Assembly: GCA_013416795.1 (NCBI GenBank)
Contig: RQSC01000015.1
Span: 719,369 to 783,368, forward strand
Length of the DNA: 64,000 nucleotides
Direction: 5' to 3'
Origin: Prasinococcaceae sp. CCMP 1430
Taxonomy: Eukaryota > Plantae > Prasinodermophyta
Under the pieces are notes generated by a model. The model was not told the origin of the DNA. It saw only the letters and a program-made list of their open reading frames with translations, and did no database searches. The position numbers and the translations under genes were made by a program. Position 1 is the first letter of the stretch. Every line of letters starts with the position of its first letter. Positions 11,078 through 23,222 of the stretch are shown here, piece by piece.

Positions 11078-11706
11078 TCACGCGCTGCCCTCCCCCGACT
11101 TCTTGGCCGCCCAGTCCTTTTGGAACTGCTCCCACTTTTGGCGCAGCTCCGCGTCGGACATGTCCGTGCTATTCATCTTCAGCTGCTCGCGGCGATTGAG
11201 GTGGTCCTTCTTATGCAAGCACCGCTGCGTGGCCGCGCAGGCGGGCCATGCACGTGCGAGGAACCACGCGGAGGCGTCGACAGAGCGCGGAACGCCCGCA
11301 CGAGTTAGCACACAGCTGCGAATGGCGAGGCCGCAGGCGCGCAGCACCAAGGGCGACCGGCGCCAACAACGCAACTGCTCAGCGCGCTTTCGCGCGCACA
11401 GGGAGGACGGCAGCAGCCCGCGGGATGGCACCGCGTATGTGCACGTGGTGACGTGCTTGAGGCGCAGCGACCACCCCTCGACAGCACATGCGGCAGCAGG
11501 GAGCGCAGCGCGCTTCCCGCGCACGACGTTGTGCGAGGCATCCTCGGCGCCATCCGCGCGCCCGGAACTCGCGCGCGCACCTTGTAGTCCTCCAGAAGCG
11601 CGCGGCAGGCGCGCTTGGGGTTGTCGGCCTGCGTGAAGCACCACTTGAAATCCATCCACAGTGGGAAGCACGGGTGGACCCCCCCGCGCCAGTCGAAGTA
11701 CACCAT
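11078..11706 (-). CDS. NDUFS5: Complex I accessory subunit NDUFS5-like, twin-Cys (exons 11581-11706 and 11078-11224)
   Basis: Spliced product CFPLWMDFKWC…C..LLEDYK|RCLH matches the plant-type C..W.DF..C…C….EDY.ECLH pattern. Confidence 0.8.
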
Positions 11707-12394
11707 GGCCTCTGCGCAGTGCGCGCCCGTGTGCCCTCCCCCCCCCAACCCCAAATGCGGCCCGCGTCAGGCGGCGCGGGCACGCGGCTGCCCGCGCCGC
11801 AGGGCCGGTCGGGCACGGCGCGGGCGCGCGGACGGGCCCCGCGGAGCCTCGGAAGGGAGGGGCCCGCCCCCCTGTCTGCCACGCGGCGCAGCGGGGAAGG
11901 CGCGAGCGCGGGAGGCGCGGGCTGTGCCCCCCGCGCACCGGGCGCCCTAAAAATCTGCTGGCGCGGAACTGCTGTCATCAATCGGATCGCGCAATAAACC
12001 TCAAACATTCGCTCGCACACGCGATCGGAATCAACATGACACGACATCAAAAACACCCAATCACAAACCCTCATTTTCACACCCAGAACGGCTGGGGGAG
12101 TGGCAGGGATAGGGCACACGCCTCTGAGACCGGACGACTCACCCGCGCGCCTGCTACCGCTGCAGCCTCACTCAGGGGCGTGGGGACGTGATGGCCTGGT
12201 CTAGAAGGCACGCACGTACACAGCAACAACACGTACGCGCGCGCACACACACGAGCGTACCCTTCCACTGCACCCGACTGAACAATGTGAACAACGTCAG
12301 CTCCACCGCCGCATTAGACGCAGCTATAGCGCAAGGCGGCGAGAGGACTGTCAGGGTGGAAAGACGAGCTTGAAGGTAACAACGCGCAAATTCA

Positions 12395-12613
12395 TCAATT
12401 CTGTGCCCAGCCAGCGGGCGGCTCCCACTGCGTCTTGCCACTCGCATTGAAGTAGTACGTGCGGCCGGTCGACGGGTCCACCGCAGCAGACCAGCGCTCC
12501 GCCACCACCGGCGCGGGCACAGGGACTGGTCCATCGCGCTCTTGCACAGCACCTGTGCCACCGCCATGCTCAGTTAGGACGACATTCTCCTGCGCATCCC
12601 CCTGCTTTTGCCG

Positions 12614-12648
<35 letters not shown>

Positions 12649-13990
12649 GCTCCTGCTCCTGCTGCTGCTGTGGCTGCTGCTGGGTCTCGCGTGCACGCCC
12701 CGGCCCCTCCTGCTTCGCGTGTGCCCCACCTTGCGCCTCTTTCCTTCTCTTCGCGCGCTGCGCGCGGCCCTGCGCTCTTTCCGCCTCCTTCTCCGCGTTG
12801 GTCATGAGCAGGTTGTGGTGGCGGAGCGGGTGCGCCTTCACGAACTTGTGCGCACCAACACCCACACCAGCGAGCAGGGCGACCTTAAAGACGACGCCCA
12901 CCAGGCGGCGGAGCGGACCTCGCCTGCGGCGCGCAGGCACCCCGGCATCCGACATCGCAGTGGAAGCAATCGATGCGCGCGAGCCCTGACGCGACAGGGG
13001 GGCGGACGGCGCGCCTGCCAGCGCGTGATCCTCAAGTGACACCAAGTACCGCCCCGTGAAGGTCCTGAGGAGCTTGTCGAGGGCGCGGTTGGCGAAGCCG
13101 CGCAGCAGGCGCGGCGGTGGGCGCACCCACTCGACACGCCAAGACACCGATGCCGCAGCCGCACCCTCCGGATTGCCGGCCTCCTCCGGCGACACGGCGA
13201 TCTGCTGCCAGATTACCAGCCGCGGGCTCGACTTGCCGTTATCGTTGACCTGGCACACCTCAACCACGCCCGTGCCCGCCGCCGGGTCCTCGTGCACCAC
13301 CATCTGTAGCTCGATGGCGTCGCACGCACCGCGCATGAGCAGGCGATTGGGCGCGTGCGTGAAGCGCACGCGACGCCATCGGATTGGCGTCGCGCTCGCG
13401 CCGGTGTACAACGCGCGCAGCGAGATGTCCTTCGGTGTGCCGCGGCACCACGCGCCTACCTGCAGGCCGGTAGAGTTGGCGCTAGAGTGCCACGCCTCCG
13501 CGAAGCCGATGCTGGTGAGCGCAGTGAACGCGCGCTGCGGCCGGCAGCTGATCGCGCGAGCCAGCGGGCGGGCGTTGAGCGGCGCGGGTGGCGGGTTGGT
13601 CGGGGTGGTGCCGACGGCTGCACGCGCGGCCGCACGTCGCCTGGCGGACGGCGCCCGCCGCCGCGGGAGGCTCGGTACTCCCAGGCTGGCCTTCTCCGCG
13701 GCGGGCACACCTGCGGGCGCGCCGGTCGTCGAAAGCGCCGCAGCCGCATCGCCTGCACCGCCCCTGCTCGACGGCTGCGTGGCAGCCGTGTAGAGCGCTG
13801 ATGGCGCGCGCGGCGCCGCCCCCCGCTTTGCTGTGGCCTTTGCGGCGGCCGCGCGCACGGCGTGCGCCTGCGCCTCGCCGAAGGCCTGTGCCTGCACGGC
13901 CGCGGCGGCGAACGCGTCGATCTGCTCTTGCTCAAACGCCTCCGCGGGCCCCGCTCCCGCCGCCCCCCCCACGGCCGCTGAGCGGTCGCC
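12395..13990 (-). CDS. VASt/START-like domain, TM helix, coiled coil and C-terminal WW domain (5' structure uncertain)
   Basis: WW domain WSAAVDPSTGRTYYFN…TQWEPP. Hydrophobic LVGVVFKVALLAGVGVGA. VASt-like strands W…RRVRF…VSWRVEW followed by a helix. Confidence 0.6.
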
Positions 13991-14751
13991 TGTAGGTGCT
14001 GGCCTCGTGGCCCAGGGGGAGCGCGCTGGGCCCGCACACGACACACTCCTCACCAGCCCCGCCCAGCACCAGCGCAGGTCTTTTTTTTTTTTTTTTTTGG
14101 TGCCGGGTGATTTTCGCGCGCCCGCCGGCCAGGGTTGTTTCCGTGGTTGGGTGGACTCGCGCGCCGCGTTCGCGCGCGCTCGCCGCTCCGCTCGCCAGAG
14201 GACGGAAAGCATTGAAAGCGGCGTCAGGACGCGCCTGTTACAAACCCTATTGCTCGAACGCACCCCAAATACCGCGGCGGGCTGCGCGCGCGCGTCCGGT
14301 CGGAGGAAGAATCCGCGGCCGCAACCAACCACACCGCGCGCGAAGGTGCGAAGCTGCGAGGGCATGCCCGGGATGGGATGTTTGCGCGCCCGCGTTTGGT
14401 CGGTTGGGGCGGCGCTTGAGTACGACTCGATCGATTTTCCGGGTTCTTTTCGGGCCTAGCGCGCGCGGAGCGGCGCCGCGGCGCGAGAGGGCGCGCGCAG
14501 AAATTGGGCCGAAAATTGGGCGAGCGGGGAAGGGCGGGGCGGGAACGGAGGAAGGGGGGGGGGAAAGAAAGAGGGCAGGTCGTCGTCGTTCGGAGCGCGC
14601 CGCGATGACTCGCGGCCCGCCCCGCCCGCGCTGCGAGTGGAGCCCGGGGCACAGCGCGCGCGCGGGCCGTGGGGGAGCCTGGGCCTCGCGCGCCACCACC
14701 TCCCTGGTTGAGGCCATCGGAGGACGCAGCGGCCCGGGCGGGGCGGCCGCT

Positions 14752-14807
14752 CCCTAAACCCTAAACCCTAAACCCTAAACCCTAAACCCTAAACCCTAAA
14801 CCCTAAA
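14752..14807. repeat. Interstitial telomeric array (CCCTAAA)8
   Basis: Eight perfect copies counted. Confidence 0.97.
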
Positions 14808-14808
14808 A

Positions 14809-14860
14809 GGGATTTGGGATTTGGGATTTGGGATTTGGGATTTGGGATTTGGGATTTGGG
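14809..14860. repeat. (GGGATTT)7 + GGG array abutting the telomeric array
   Basis: Seven perfect copies counted. Confidence 0.97.
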
Positions 14861-15513
14861 TAAACCTGAATTTCTACCCTGAAAAGTAAAATAAAAAATT
14901 AAAATTAAAAAATTAAAATTAAAATACTTCGGGTATGGCATATTTGGAGCAAAACAACGTAGAGTGCGCATGCAGGGGGATGTGCTGGAACGAATCCCGC
15001 CCGACGTTGCTCGCGCCAACCATTCATTCAAATCAAAGCATCCAACCGACCAAAGCTTTGAACCGACCAACCGCCAGCCGGCGCGCGCGCAGCACTCGGT
15101 TAGTTAGGGTGGGCGCCGTAGCGCGCGGGAGCGCGCGCCGTGGCTGCGCGGCGCGCGCGTCCGCGCGGAGCAGCCGGCCGAAAGCTTCGCTCTGCCGCGA
15201 TGCTTCGTGTGTGCTTTGATGTGGTCTTCCGGGAGCGCGCGCGCGCCGAAAAGAGTTGCGCATGGCACGCGCGCGCTCTCCCCCGCCCCTCGGCCGCGTG
15301 CTCAACCCCGCACCTCGGCCGCGCTCCGCACCGTCGCAGCGGAGCCCCCCCCTCCCCCTCCCCCTGCCGCCCGCTCTTGAGACGCGGTGGATGCACACGG
15401 CGTCTAGCGTGCACCTCCGTCCGAAGGCGGTTCCGACGATCGCAGCGGCCGCTGCGCCGGCGTCCCTTGAAAGAGACGCGCGCGAAGGCGACGAGGCGCT
15501 CGACGGGGAACTC

Positions 15514-16248
15514 ATGGCATCGTCAGCGGCCTACGGCGCGGGCGTAGTAAACAGGGGGAGCATGGGGGGTGGGCCGGGCAGCTGGGAGCAGCTGCGCAAG
15601 GACGCGCGCAAGCTCGAGGGCGAGCTCGACATGAAGCTCGCGTCGTACTCGAAGCTCGGGGCGCGCGGCGCTGGCGATGTGAGCGACGCGTCGGCGGACG
15701 CGGCAGCGGCGGAGATCGAGGGGCTGCTCAAACGGCTGGGGCTTGTGAATGATCGCATGGTCGATGCGGCCACCCGGACGCCCGGCACGGCGGACGTGCT
15801 CACGCACACCCTCGCGCGGCACCGCGACATCCTGCAGGAGTTCAGCCAGGAATTCAGGCGCGTGAAGAGCACCGTGACGGCGGCCAACGAGCACGCGCGG
15901 CTGCTCGCGGGGGCGCATCGGCGTGACAACATCGGCCTGGGCGGGACGGGGCTGAGCCAGTCGCAGATTCACCAGCAGCTGCTGCGCGAGCGCTCCGGGC
16001 TGCAAAGCGCGACCAACGCCGCCGACGAGGTCATCAGCCAGGCGCAGAGCCAGGCGCTCGCGCTGGGCCAGCAGCGCTCGCTGCTGATCGACATCGACTC
16101 CAAGGTCGGCTCCGTGGGGCAGAAGTTCCCCGTCATGAACTCGATCATGACAAGCATCCGCCGCAAGAAGTCGCGGGAGCAGCTCATTCTCTCGGCGGTG
16201 GTTGCGTCGTGCCTGCTGTTCATCATCATCTACTGGATGAATAAGTGA
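15514..16248 (+). CDS. GOS1: Golgi Qb-SNARE, GOS1 family
   Basis: WEQLRKDARKLEGELDMKLASYSK, TLARHRDIL.EF..EF, and a C-terminal TM anchor. Confidence 0.92.
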   Translation: MASSAAYGAGVVNRGSMGGGPGSWEQLRKDARKLEGELDMKLASYSKLGARGAGDVSDASADAAAAEIEGLLKRLGLVNDRMVDAATRTPGTADVLTHTLARHRDILQEFSQEFRRVKSTVTAANEHARLLAGAHRRDNIGLGGTGLSQSQIHQQLLRERSGLQSATNAADEVISQAQSQALALGQQRSLLIDIDSKVGSVGQKFPVMNSIMTSIRRKKSREQLILSAVVASCLLFIIIYWMNK

Positions 16249-16649
16249 GCGGGCCAGCGTCGCGGGCGCTGGGGCGGACGCGGGGTGCGCGCTGGCGGTG
16301 GCGTGGCCGGGCGAGCGTGCCCGCGCCCATTGTAACGCGGACGCGCAGTCGTTGAGATTTGTGTACACCGTGTCGACTGACGTCGGCGGCGTCGCTTCGC
16401 GAGCGCGGCGTCAAACAAGGGCTGGGCCCGCGGCTCGCGCACCCTTCCCTGTTGCAGGAGGTTGGGGATCGGGGTCGTGTGTGTGTATGTGTGGGGGGGT
16501 GGGGGGGTACAGGGACGGGGTGGGGTCGCAGGACCCCGGTGGGCGCGCCGAACGGTTGAGATGCGCGGCCGGCGAGCAGTTCGGGGCCTCTCGGTACGGA
16601 TGAGGATGGCGCGATGCCACACCTCGCATTACTTACAATCCAACTTAAC

Positions 16650-17656
16650 TTACAGCTGGGGCCACAGGCAAGGGGTGCTGATGGTCACGCCGCTGAAATC
16701 GACGGAGTCATCGAGCACGCACTGGCCGAGGTTGTTGAAGAGGGTCTGCGTGAACGGCGAGCCCACGTGCAAGTTGAGCGCCTCCACCGGGCCCAGGCCG
16801 GTGGCCTGGTAGCAAATGACCTCTGTTCGGAAAGGGCGCGAGAAACGCGGAGAGCGGGCGGCCAGGTCAGCAGGGGGCACAACAAGCAGCTGCATGGGGC
16901 GCCGCCCTCGGCGCCACCAGCACAAATCCACGAAAGCAGCGATTCGTCCACGCGCACAATCGCGCGCACGCAACGCATCGACGGTCTCCCTCCACCAGCT
17001 CTTTCACTCGTGGGCGGCGCAGCGGCGGCGCGGCGCGATGGCGCAGCGGCGGGGCGACGGCGCCGCAACGCACCACCCATGAACGCCACCATAGCCAGCC
17101 TGCCCCAGTACAGCTCCCTCGTCTTCGCCGCGTCAAGGTCGCCCTGCAGGAGCGCGAGAGCAGCGATCGGGCGGCATTGGCGGCGCCGCGTCAGCGCGCG
17201 CTCGCGGCGCACAGGATCGCACTCGCATGGCGTCGTAGCGTTCGCTCGCGCGGAAGCGCGGTCGCGAGACGCTCGCGCCCTCAGCGCACCTTGCTGAAGC
17301 CAAGGGGGTCGAAGGGGCCGCCGGGGTAGCCCGGGTCGACCGTGGTCAGCTTCTGCTCCGAAAAGATGGGGTCCTGGTTGGCCGAGCCCGGCGTGCGGAT
17401 GTCCATCCAGCGGCGGATCTCCACCCAGTGCATCATGAGGAACTGGAACGCGAGGAGCGCGGCGGGGTTCATGGGGAGATCGACCTCGAGCGGCGCCGTG
17501 TAGAAGTTGATGCCGGTGAACACCTCGCCGGCGACCGAGCCCGCGACGCCGACCATCGCCCAGCGCGCGTGCTGCAGCTCCGCCTGGCGGTACCACGTCA
17601 TCGCGTTCGGGTCGGCGCCCAGGCCCAGCGGGTCGAGGCCGAAGTCGCCGGGCATG
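16650..17656 (-). CDS. PSI light-harvesting protein, algal Lhca5-like (exons 17290-17656, 17074-17143, 16650-16822; 5' exons unresolved near gap)
   Basis: PGDFGLDPLGL, ELQHARWAM, WVEIRRWMD, GYPGGPFDPL. The C-tail C….SVD..G.TI…CLWP resembles Chlamydomonas Lhca5. Confidence 0.9.
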
Positions 17657-19903
17657 CTGCAAAGGCGGTGCATATGGGTCGCGGCGGCGTCAGCGCGGGG
17701 CAAGACGGCGGTGGCACTGGCATCAGCAGCCCGCGCTTCCGGCGACGCGCCGGCGGAGCGCGTGCGCGGGCCGCCGCGCGACACCGGCGAAATCTCCTTC
17801 CCGACCCCTAATTGGGGGGCGCTGCGACGCCGGCGCGCGCGACGCGCGCGCCCTCGCTCGCCCGTCGCCGCGGCCGTGAGTCCCCACGCGGCCCGCGGGC
17901 GACAGCGAAGTGGGAGCGGGTGCCACCGCACCAGTCCCGCGCGCCCTCCCCTCCGGACACTGGCAGCACGCCCTCGGCGGCCTCCTGCGCTCGGTGCCGG
18001 CGTTCCGCGTCCACCGGGGCGCGCGCCGCGCAGCNNNNNNNNNNNNNNNNNNNNNNNNNNNNNNNNNNNNNNNNNNNNNNNNNNNNNNNNNNNNNNNNNN
18101 NNNNNNNNNNNNNNNNNNNNNNNNNNNNNNNNNNNNNNNNNNNNNNNNNNNNNNNNNNNNNNNNNNNNNNNNNNNNNNNNNNNNNNNNNNNNNNNNNNNN
18201 NNNNNNNNNNNNNNNNNNNNNNNNNNNNNNNNNNNNNNNNNNNGCGCCGCACCCCGTCGCCCGCGGGTTCCGAGCGCCCCTCACGTGTGAGGACGTCCAG
18301 GGCGCGGAACCCCTCGTCGCGAGGGGCGGCGGTGCGGCGGGGCCCGCGCGAATGCGCCCCCGCCCTCGCCCCCCTCCCCCGGCCTCCCCGCGCAATCCTC
18401 GGGGCGCCGCCCGGGCGCGCGCGCGGATAAGCTTGCGTTTTCGCGTTTCTCCCCGCGCGGTTCGGTGCGGGGAACACGACTTTTGCGGCGTTCGGCGGGT
18501 TCGTTTTGACAGGACATCGACCTTGCAACTCGGTTCCTCTAAATTTGGTGTGTGGTGACTCCGCAAAATATATTTGAGGAAACAGAAACTGCGCTGCGCG
18601 GACGGCCGGTCCGCGCGAGGCGTGCGTTGCGCGACGCGCGCGGAATCGTATCATATCGCATGCCGATCGGAGCGGCGTCGCGTCGGCGCCGCGCGAAAGC
18701 GCCATCGCAACGCGCTCGAGCGATTTGGGGTTGGGTCGGCGGTGCGGAACAGAGGCTCGCTTCTCTGCGCTGGCACTGGCCTGCCGCCCTCGCCGGCCGC
18801 GGTCCGGACCCCACGACCTGTTCAACCCTAAACACAAAACCTAAACCCTGGGCGGCGGGCGCTCGGCTCGAGCGCACGCGGCGCGTGCCGTGCTCGGGTG
18901 CGCGCGCGCAGAAGGAGAGCCCGCGCGCGCGCGTGGTGATGCGTCGCTGGGTGTGTGCGTGCGCGGCGCGCGCGCGTGCGCGCGACGCGTGCACTCATGC
19001 CAAGCAGAGGTGAGCGTGTATCGGAGACATGGCACATGGTCTTCATGGGCGTAGGCGTGCCCGCGTGCAAGCGTTCGTGTCCACACTTCTGCTCCCTGCC
19101 CGTGTGCACCGGCTGGCTGGCTGTAGTGCGCGACCGAATGCGCTCATCGCCGACCGAGAGAGAGAGCTGCCGCGAACCTAGGCAGGCTGGCAGTGCTCCA
19201 CCCCAGTCCATGCTCAACACCAGTCCGAGCCACAGTCCGAGGCGCAGGCGGGGGGGCGCGCTCCTCGCCGCGCGCACGAGGGGAGCGCGCGAGGAGAAGA
19301 GGTGCGCCGGCCAGCGTGGCCGCGGCCGGGCCAGCGCAGCGCGCTCGCCGGCTGCGCGCGGATCTNNNNNNNNNNNNNNNNNNNNNNNNNNNNNNNNNNN
19401 NNNNNNNNNNNNNNNNNNNNNNNNNNNNNNNNNNNNNNNNNNNNNNNNNNNNNNNNNNNNNNNNNNNNNNNNNNNNNNNNNNNNNNNNNNNNNNNNNNNN
19501 NNNNNNNNNNNNNNNNNNNNNNNNNNNNNNNNNNNNNNNNNNNNNNNNNNNNNNNNNNNNNNNNNNNNNNNNNNNNNNNNNNNNNNNNNNNNNNNNNNNN
19601 NNNNNNNNNNNNNNNNNNNNNNNNNNNNNNNNNNNNNNNNNNNNNNNNNNNNNNNNNNNNNNNNNNNNNNNNNNNNNNNNNNNNNNNNNNNNNNNNNNNN
19701 NNNNNNNNNNNNNNNNNNNNNNNNNNNNNNNNNNNNNNNNNNNNNNNNNNNNNNNNNNNNNNNNNNNNNNNNNNNNNNNNNNNNNNNNNNNNNNNNNNNN
19801 NNNNNNNNNNNNNNNNNNNNNNNNNNNNNNNNNNNNNNNNNNNNNNNNNNNNNNNNNNNNNNNNNNNNNNNNNNNNNNNNNNNNNNNNNNNNNNNNNNNN
19901 NNN

Positions 19904-22124
19904 GCGGCGCGCGGCGGCGCGCGCGGCGGCGGCGGATGGCGCCGGTGGCAAGAAGGTGGCCGCGGTGGCGGTGGAGGCGTCCGTCGACGCGGAGGATCCC
20001 TCGTACGACCAGAAGGCCGCCATGGAGATGGAGACAGGCCAGCTGCGCTCGGCGTTCCCGCTGGCCGCCGTCGTGGGTCAGAGCGCGATCAAGAGCGCGC
20101 TGCTGCTCGGCGCGGTCGACCCGAACATCGGCGGCATCTGCATCAGCGGCCGCCGCGGCACGGCCAAGTCCATCATGGCGCGCGGCATCCACGCGCTGCT
20201 GCCGCCCATCGAGTACGTGGTGGGCTCCATGGCCAACGCCGACCCCAAGGACCGCAAGGACTGGGACCCCGCGCTGGTCGAGCGCGTCGAGGCGGGCGAG
20301 TTCCCCATCGGCGAGAACGGCCTGCCTGAGTTCGAGACCGCCGTCAAGGCCACGCCCTTCGTGCAGGTGCCGCTCGGCGTCACCGAAGACCGCCTGCTGG
20401 GCTCGGTCGACGTGGAGGAGTCCATGAAGACCGGCAAGGCCGTCTTCCAGCCGGGCCTCCTCGCCGAGGCGCACCGCGGCGTGCTGTACATCGACGAGAT
20501 CAACCTGCTGGACGAGGGCATCGCCAACCTGCTGCTGAACGTGCTCACGGAGGGCGTGAACATCGTGGAGCGCGAGGGCGTGAGCGTGCGCCACCCGTGC
20601 CGGCCGCTGCTGATCTGCACCTTCAACCCCGAGGAGGGCAAGCTGCGCGAGCACCTGCTCGACCGCATCGCGGTGGTCCTGTCGGCCGACCAGCCCATGT
20701 CCATGGCGGACCGCGTGGCGGCGTCCATCGCCGCCGAGAAGTACGCCAACTCGCCCGCCGGGCTCGCCGCCGAGGTGGATGAGGACACCGACGGCGCGCG
20801 CACGCAGATCATCCTCTCGCGCGAGTACCTGAAGGACGTGACCATCACCGACGCGCAGATCGGCTACCTGGTGAAGGAGTGCATGCGCGGCGTGGTGCAG
20901 GGCCACCGTGCGGAGGTGTACGCCACGCGCGTGGCCAAGGCGTGGGCGGCGCTCGACGCGCGCGACAAGGTCAAGGCGGAGGACCTCGCCAAGGCCGTGG
21001 AGCTCGTCATCGTGCCGCGCGCCCTGCCGCAGCCCGACATGCCCCCTCCGGAGGAGGAGCAGCCGCCGCCGCCGCCGCCGCCCGAAGACGAGATGCAGGA
21101 CATGGACGAGGAGCAGAACGAGGACGAGGAGAACGAGCAGGAGGAGAGCGAGCAGGAGCAGGAGGACGAGCCCGACATGCTCCCCGAGGAGTTCGTCTTC
21201 GACGCCGACGAGACCGCCATGGACGAGGGTCTCATGCAGCAGGCCGCGAGCGCCAACCGCACCGGCGGGCGCTCGGGCCGCTCCAAGCAGCTCATCTTCT
21301 CGGACGACCGCGGGCGCTACATCAAGCCTATCCTGCCCAAGGGCCCGGTGCGGCGGCTTGCGGTGGACGCGACGCTGCGCGCGGCGGCGCCCTACCAGAA
21401 GGTGCGCCGCGAGCGCGCCAAGAACACGCCCGGGGCGAAGGAGAAGCCCGTCTACGTGGAGCAGGCCGACATGCGCGGGAAGAAGCTGGCGCGCAAGGCC
21501 GGCGCGCTGGTGGTCTTCGTGGTGGACGCGAGCGGCTCGATGGCGCTCAACCGCATGAGCGCGGCGAAGGGCGCGGCGCTCAAGCTGCTCGAGTCGAGCT
21601 ACCAAAGCCGTGACCAGGTGTGCATCATCCCGTTCTGCGGCGACGCGGCCGAGGTGCTCATGCCGCCCTCGCGCTCCATCACCATGGCGCGCAACCGCCT
21701 GGAGAAGCTGCCGTGCGGCGGCGGCTCGCCGCTCGCGCACGGTCTGTCGCTCGCGACGCGCGTGGGCATCAACGCGATGTCCAGTGGCGACTGCGGGCGC
21801 GTGATGGTGGTGGCCGTCACCGACGGGCGCGCGAACATCTCGCTCAAGAAGTCCAACGGCGACCCCGAGGCCAACATGCCCGACGCGCCCAAGCCGACGC
21901 AGGACGAGATCAAGGAGGAGATCCTCGACGTCGCCGGCAAGATCAACGCGACGGGCCTGCAGATGCTGGTGATCGACACGGAGAACAAGTTCGTTAGCAC
22001 GGGCTTCGCCGAGGAGATCGCGCGCGTGAGCGGTGGCAAGTACTACTACTTGCCTAACGCGGGCGAGGCGGCGCTGGGCGCGGCGACGCAGAATGCGCTG
22101 GACGCCATGCGCAACGAGAAGTGA
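19904..22124 (+). CDS. CHLD: Magnesium chelatase subunit D (5' end in N gap)
   Basis: [20 protein letters not shown] domain, Pro/acidic linker, and v[14 protein letters not shown]. Confidence 0.97.
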
Positions 22125-22328
22125 GCGCGCGCCGTTTTTGTTATGAAGGAATTGGGGCCTCTTTGCACACCGCTGTAGTACTGCTCGCTACCCACAGCTC
22201 CTCCCTAGCTTGATAGCGCCTCGGAAGGGGTCGCTACCGGCTGTTGGCGCGGCTAGGGGGCAGGGAACAAAGTCAGGTACAAATACGATCGTCGCTGCGT
22301 ACGCCAAGTGTGCGGCGCACCCGCCCGT

Positions 22329-23222
22329 TCATGCAAGCCCGTGGGCCGCAGCGAGCTTGTTCTGCACGTAGGTCCACGGCCAGAGATTCTTCTGGAGAAA
22401 GCCGAGCAAGCGAAACTTCGTGCAGCTGCCGGCAGCGCCGATGAACGCCAGTGGCTTGGGTTTGCTCATCGCGTCGACGAGGTCCTTCGCGACGCGCTGC
22501 GGCGGCTGTGCGATGTTGCCCTGCTGGCTGGCGAATGTGCGCGCCTCGAGCGCCTCAGCGACGTCCGAATAGAGCGCCGAACCCTCCACGCCCTGCATAG
22601 CCGCACGGCCTGTTTCGGAGAAGCCGCTCTTGAAGCTGCCCAGAACAGCCACGCTGACACTGACCGAGTAGCGCTCGACCTCCATGCGCAGTGCCTCGGC
22701 GATTTCATGGACTGCAGCCTTGGAAGCGCTGTACGCACCAGCGAATGGCGTGGTGAGCGTCGCGGAGACCGAACCGATGATCAGGACCTTTCCGCGCCGG
22801 CGCTCGCACATGCTGGGCATTGCGGCCTGTATCGTGTGCAGTACGCCGAACACGTTCACCTCGAACACCGCCCTGACCTCGTCGACAGGCTGCTCCAGCA
22901 TCGGTCCGAAGCGCGTCCCCCCGGCGTTGCAAACGAGCAGGTCGATCGGGCCCAACTCCCCCACCACGCGCTCCACGCACGCTGCACACGAGGTCGGGCT
23001 CGTCACGTCGCACTGGAATGCCGCGGCGGCCCCCTCATCCCCGCCGGCCGCCTCCCTCGCGCGCGCGACCGTCTCGGTGAGCCGCGGGTCGGAGCTGCCC
23101 GCACGCGCCGTCGCCGCGACCGCGTACCCCCGGCTGGCGAGCTCCACGCACAGCGCCGCGCCCAGGCCCGAGGCGCTACCGGTCACGAGGGCCACCTGGC
23201 GCGGCCTCGCCACCGGCGCCAT
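22329..23222 (-). CDS. Classical short-chain dehydrogenase/reductase (AYR1-like)
   Basis: TGSASGLG, CNAG, VNVFG, YSASK. Confidence 0.9.
   Translation of the reverse strand: MAPVARPRQVALVTGSASGLGAALCVELASRGYAVAATARAGSSDPRLTETVARAREAAGGDEGAAAAFQCDVTSPTSCAACVERVVGELGPIDLLVCNAGGTRFGPMLEQPVDEVRAVFEVNVFGVLHTIQAAMPSMCERRRGKVLIIGSVSATLTTPFAGAYSASKAAVHEIAEALRMEVERYSVSVSVAVLGSFKSGFSETGRAAMQGVEGSALYSDVAEALEARTFASQQGNIAQPPQRVAKDLVDAMSKPKPLAFIGAAGSCTKFRLLGFLQKNLWPWTYVQNKLAAAHGLA

Noticed and set aside
12612-12682. (CTCCTG)n/(CTG)n repeat
   Set aside because: An ordinary coding Q/E low-complexity tract.
14752-14860. CRISPR-like or true chromosome-end interpretation of the arrays
   Set aside because: No spacers or cas genes, and the array is short with ordinary genes on both sides.
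14789-15070. ORF containing KSQIPNP repeats
   Set aside because: It is merely the translation of the 7-mer array.
18828-21740. Long antisense or alternate-frame ORFs (also 31599-33167, 44947-46776, 54338-56056, 55263-57803)
   Set aside because: Shadows of real genes in high-GC3 DNA with few stops; no domain motifs.
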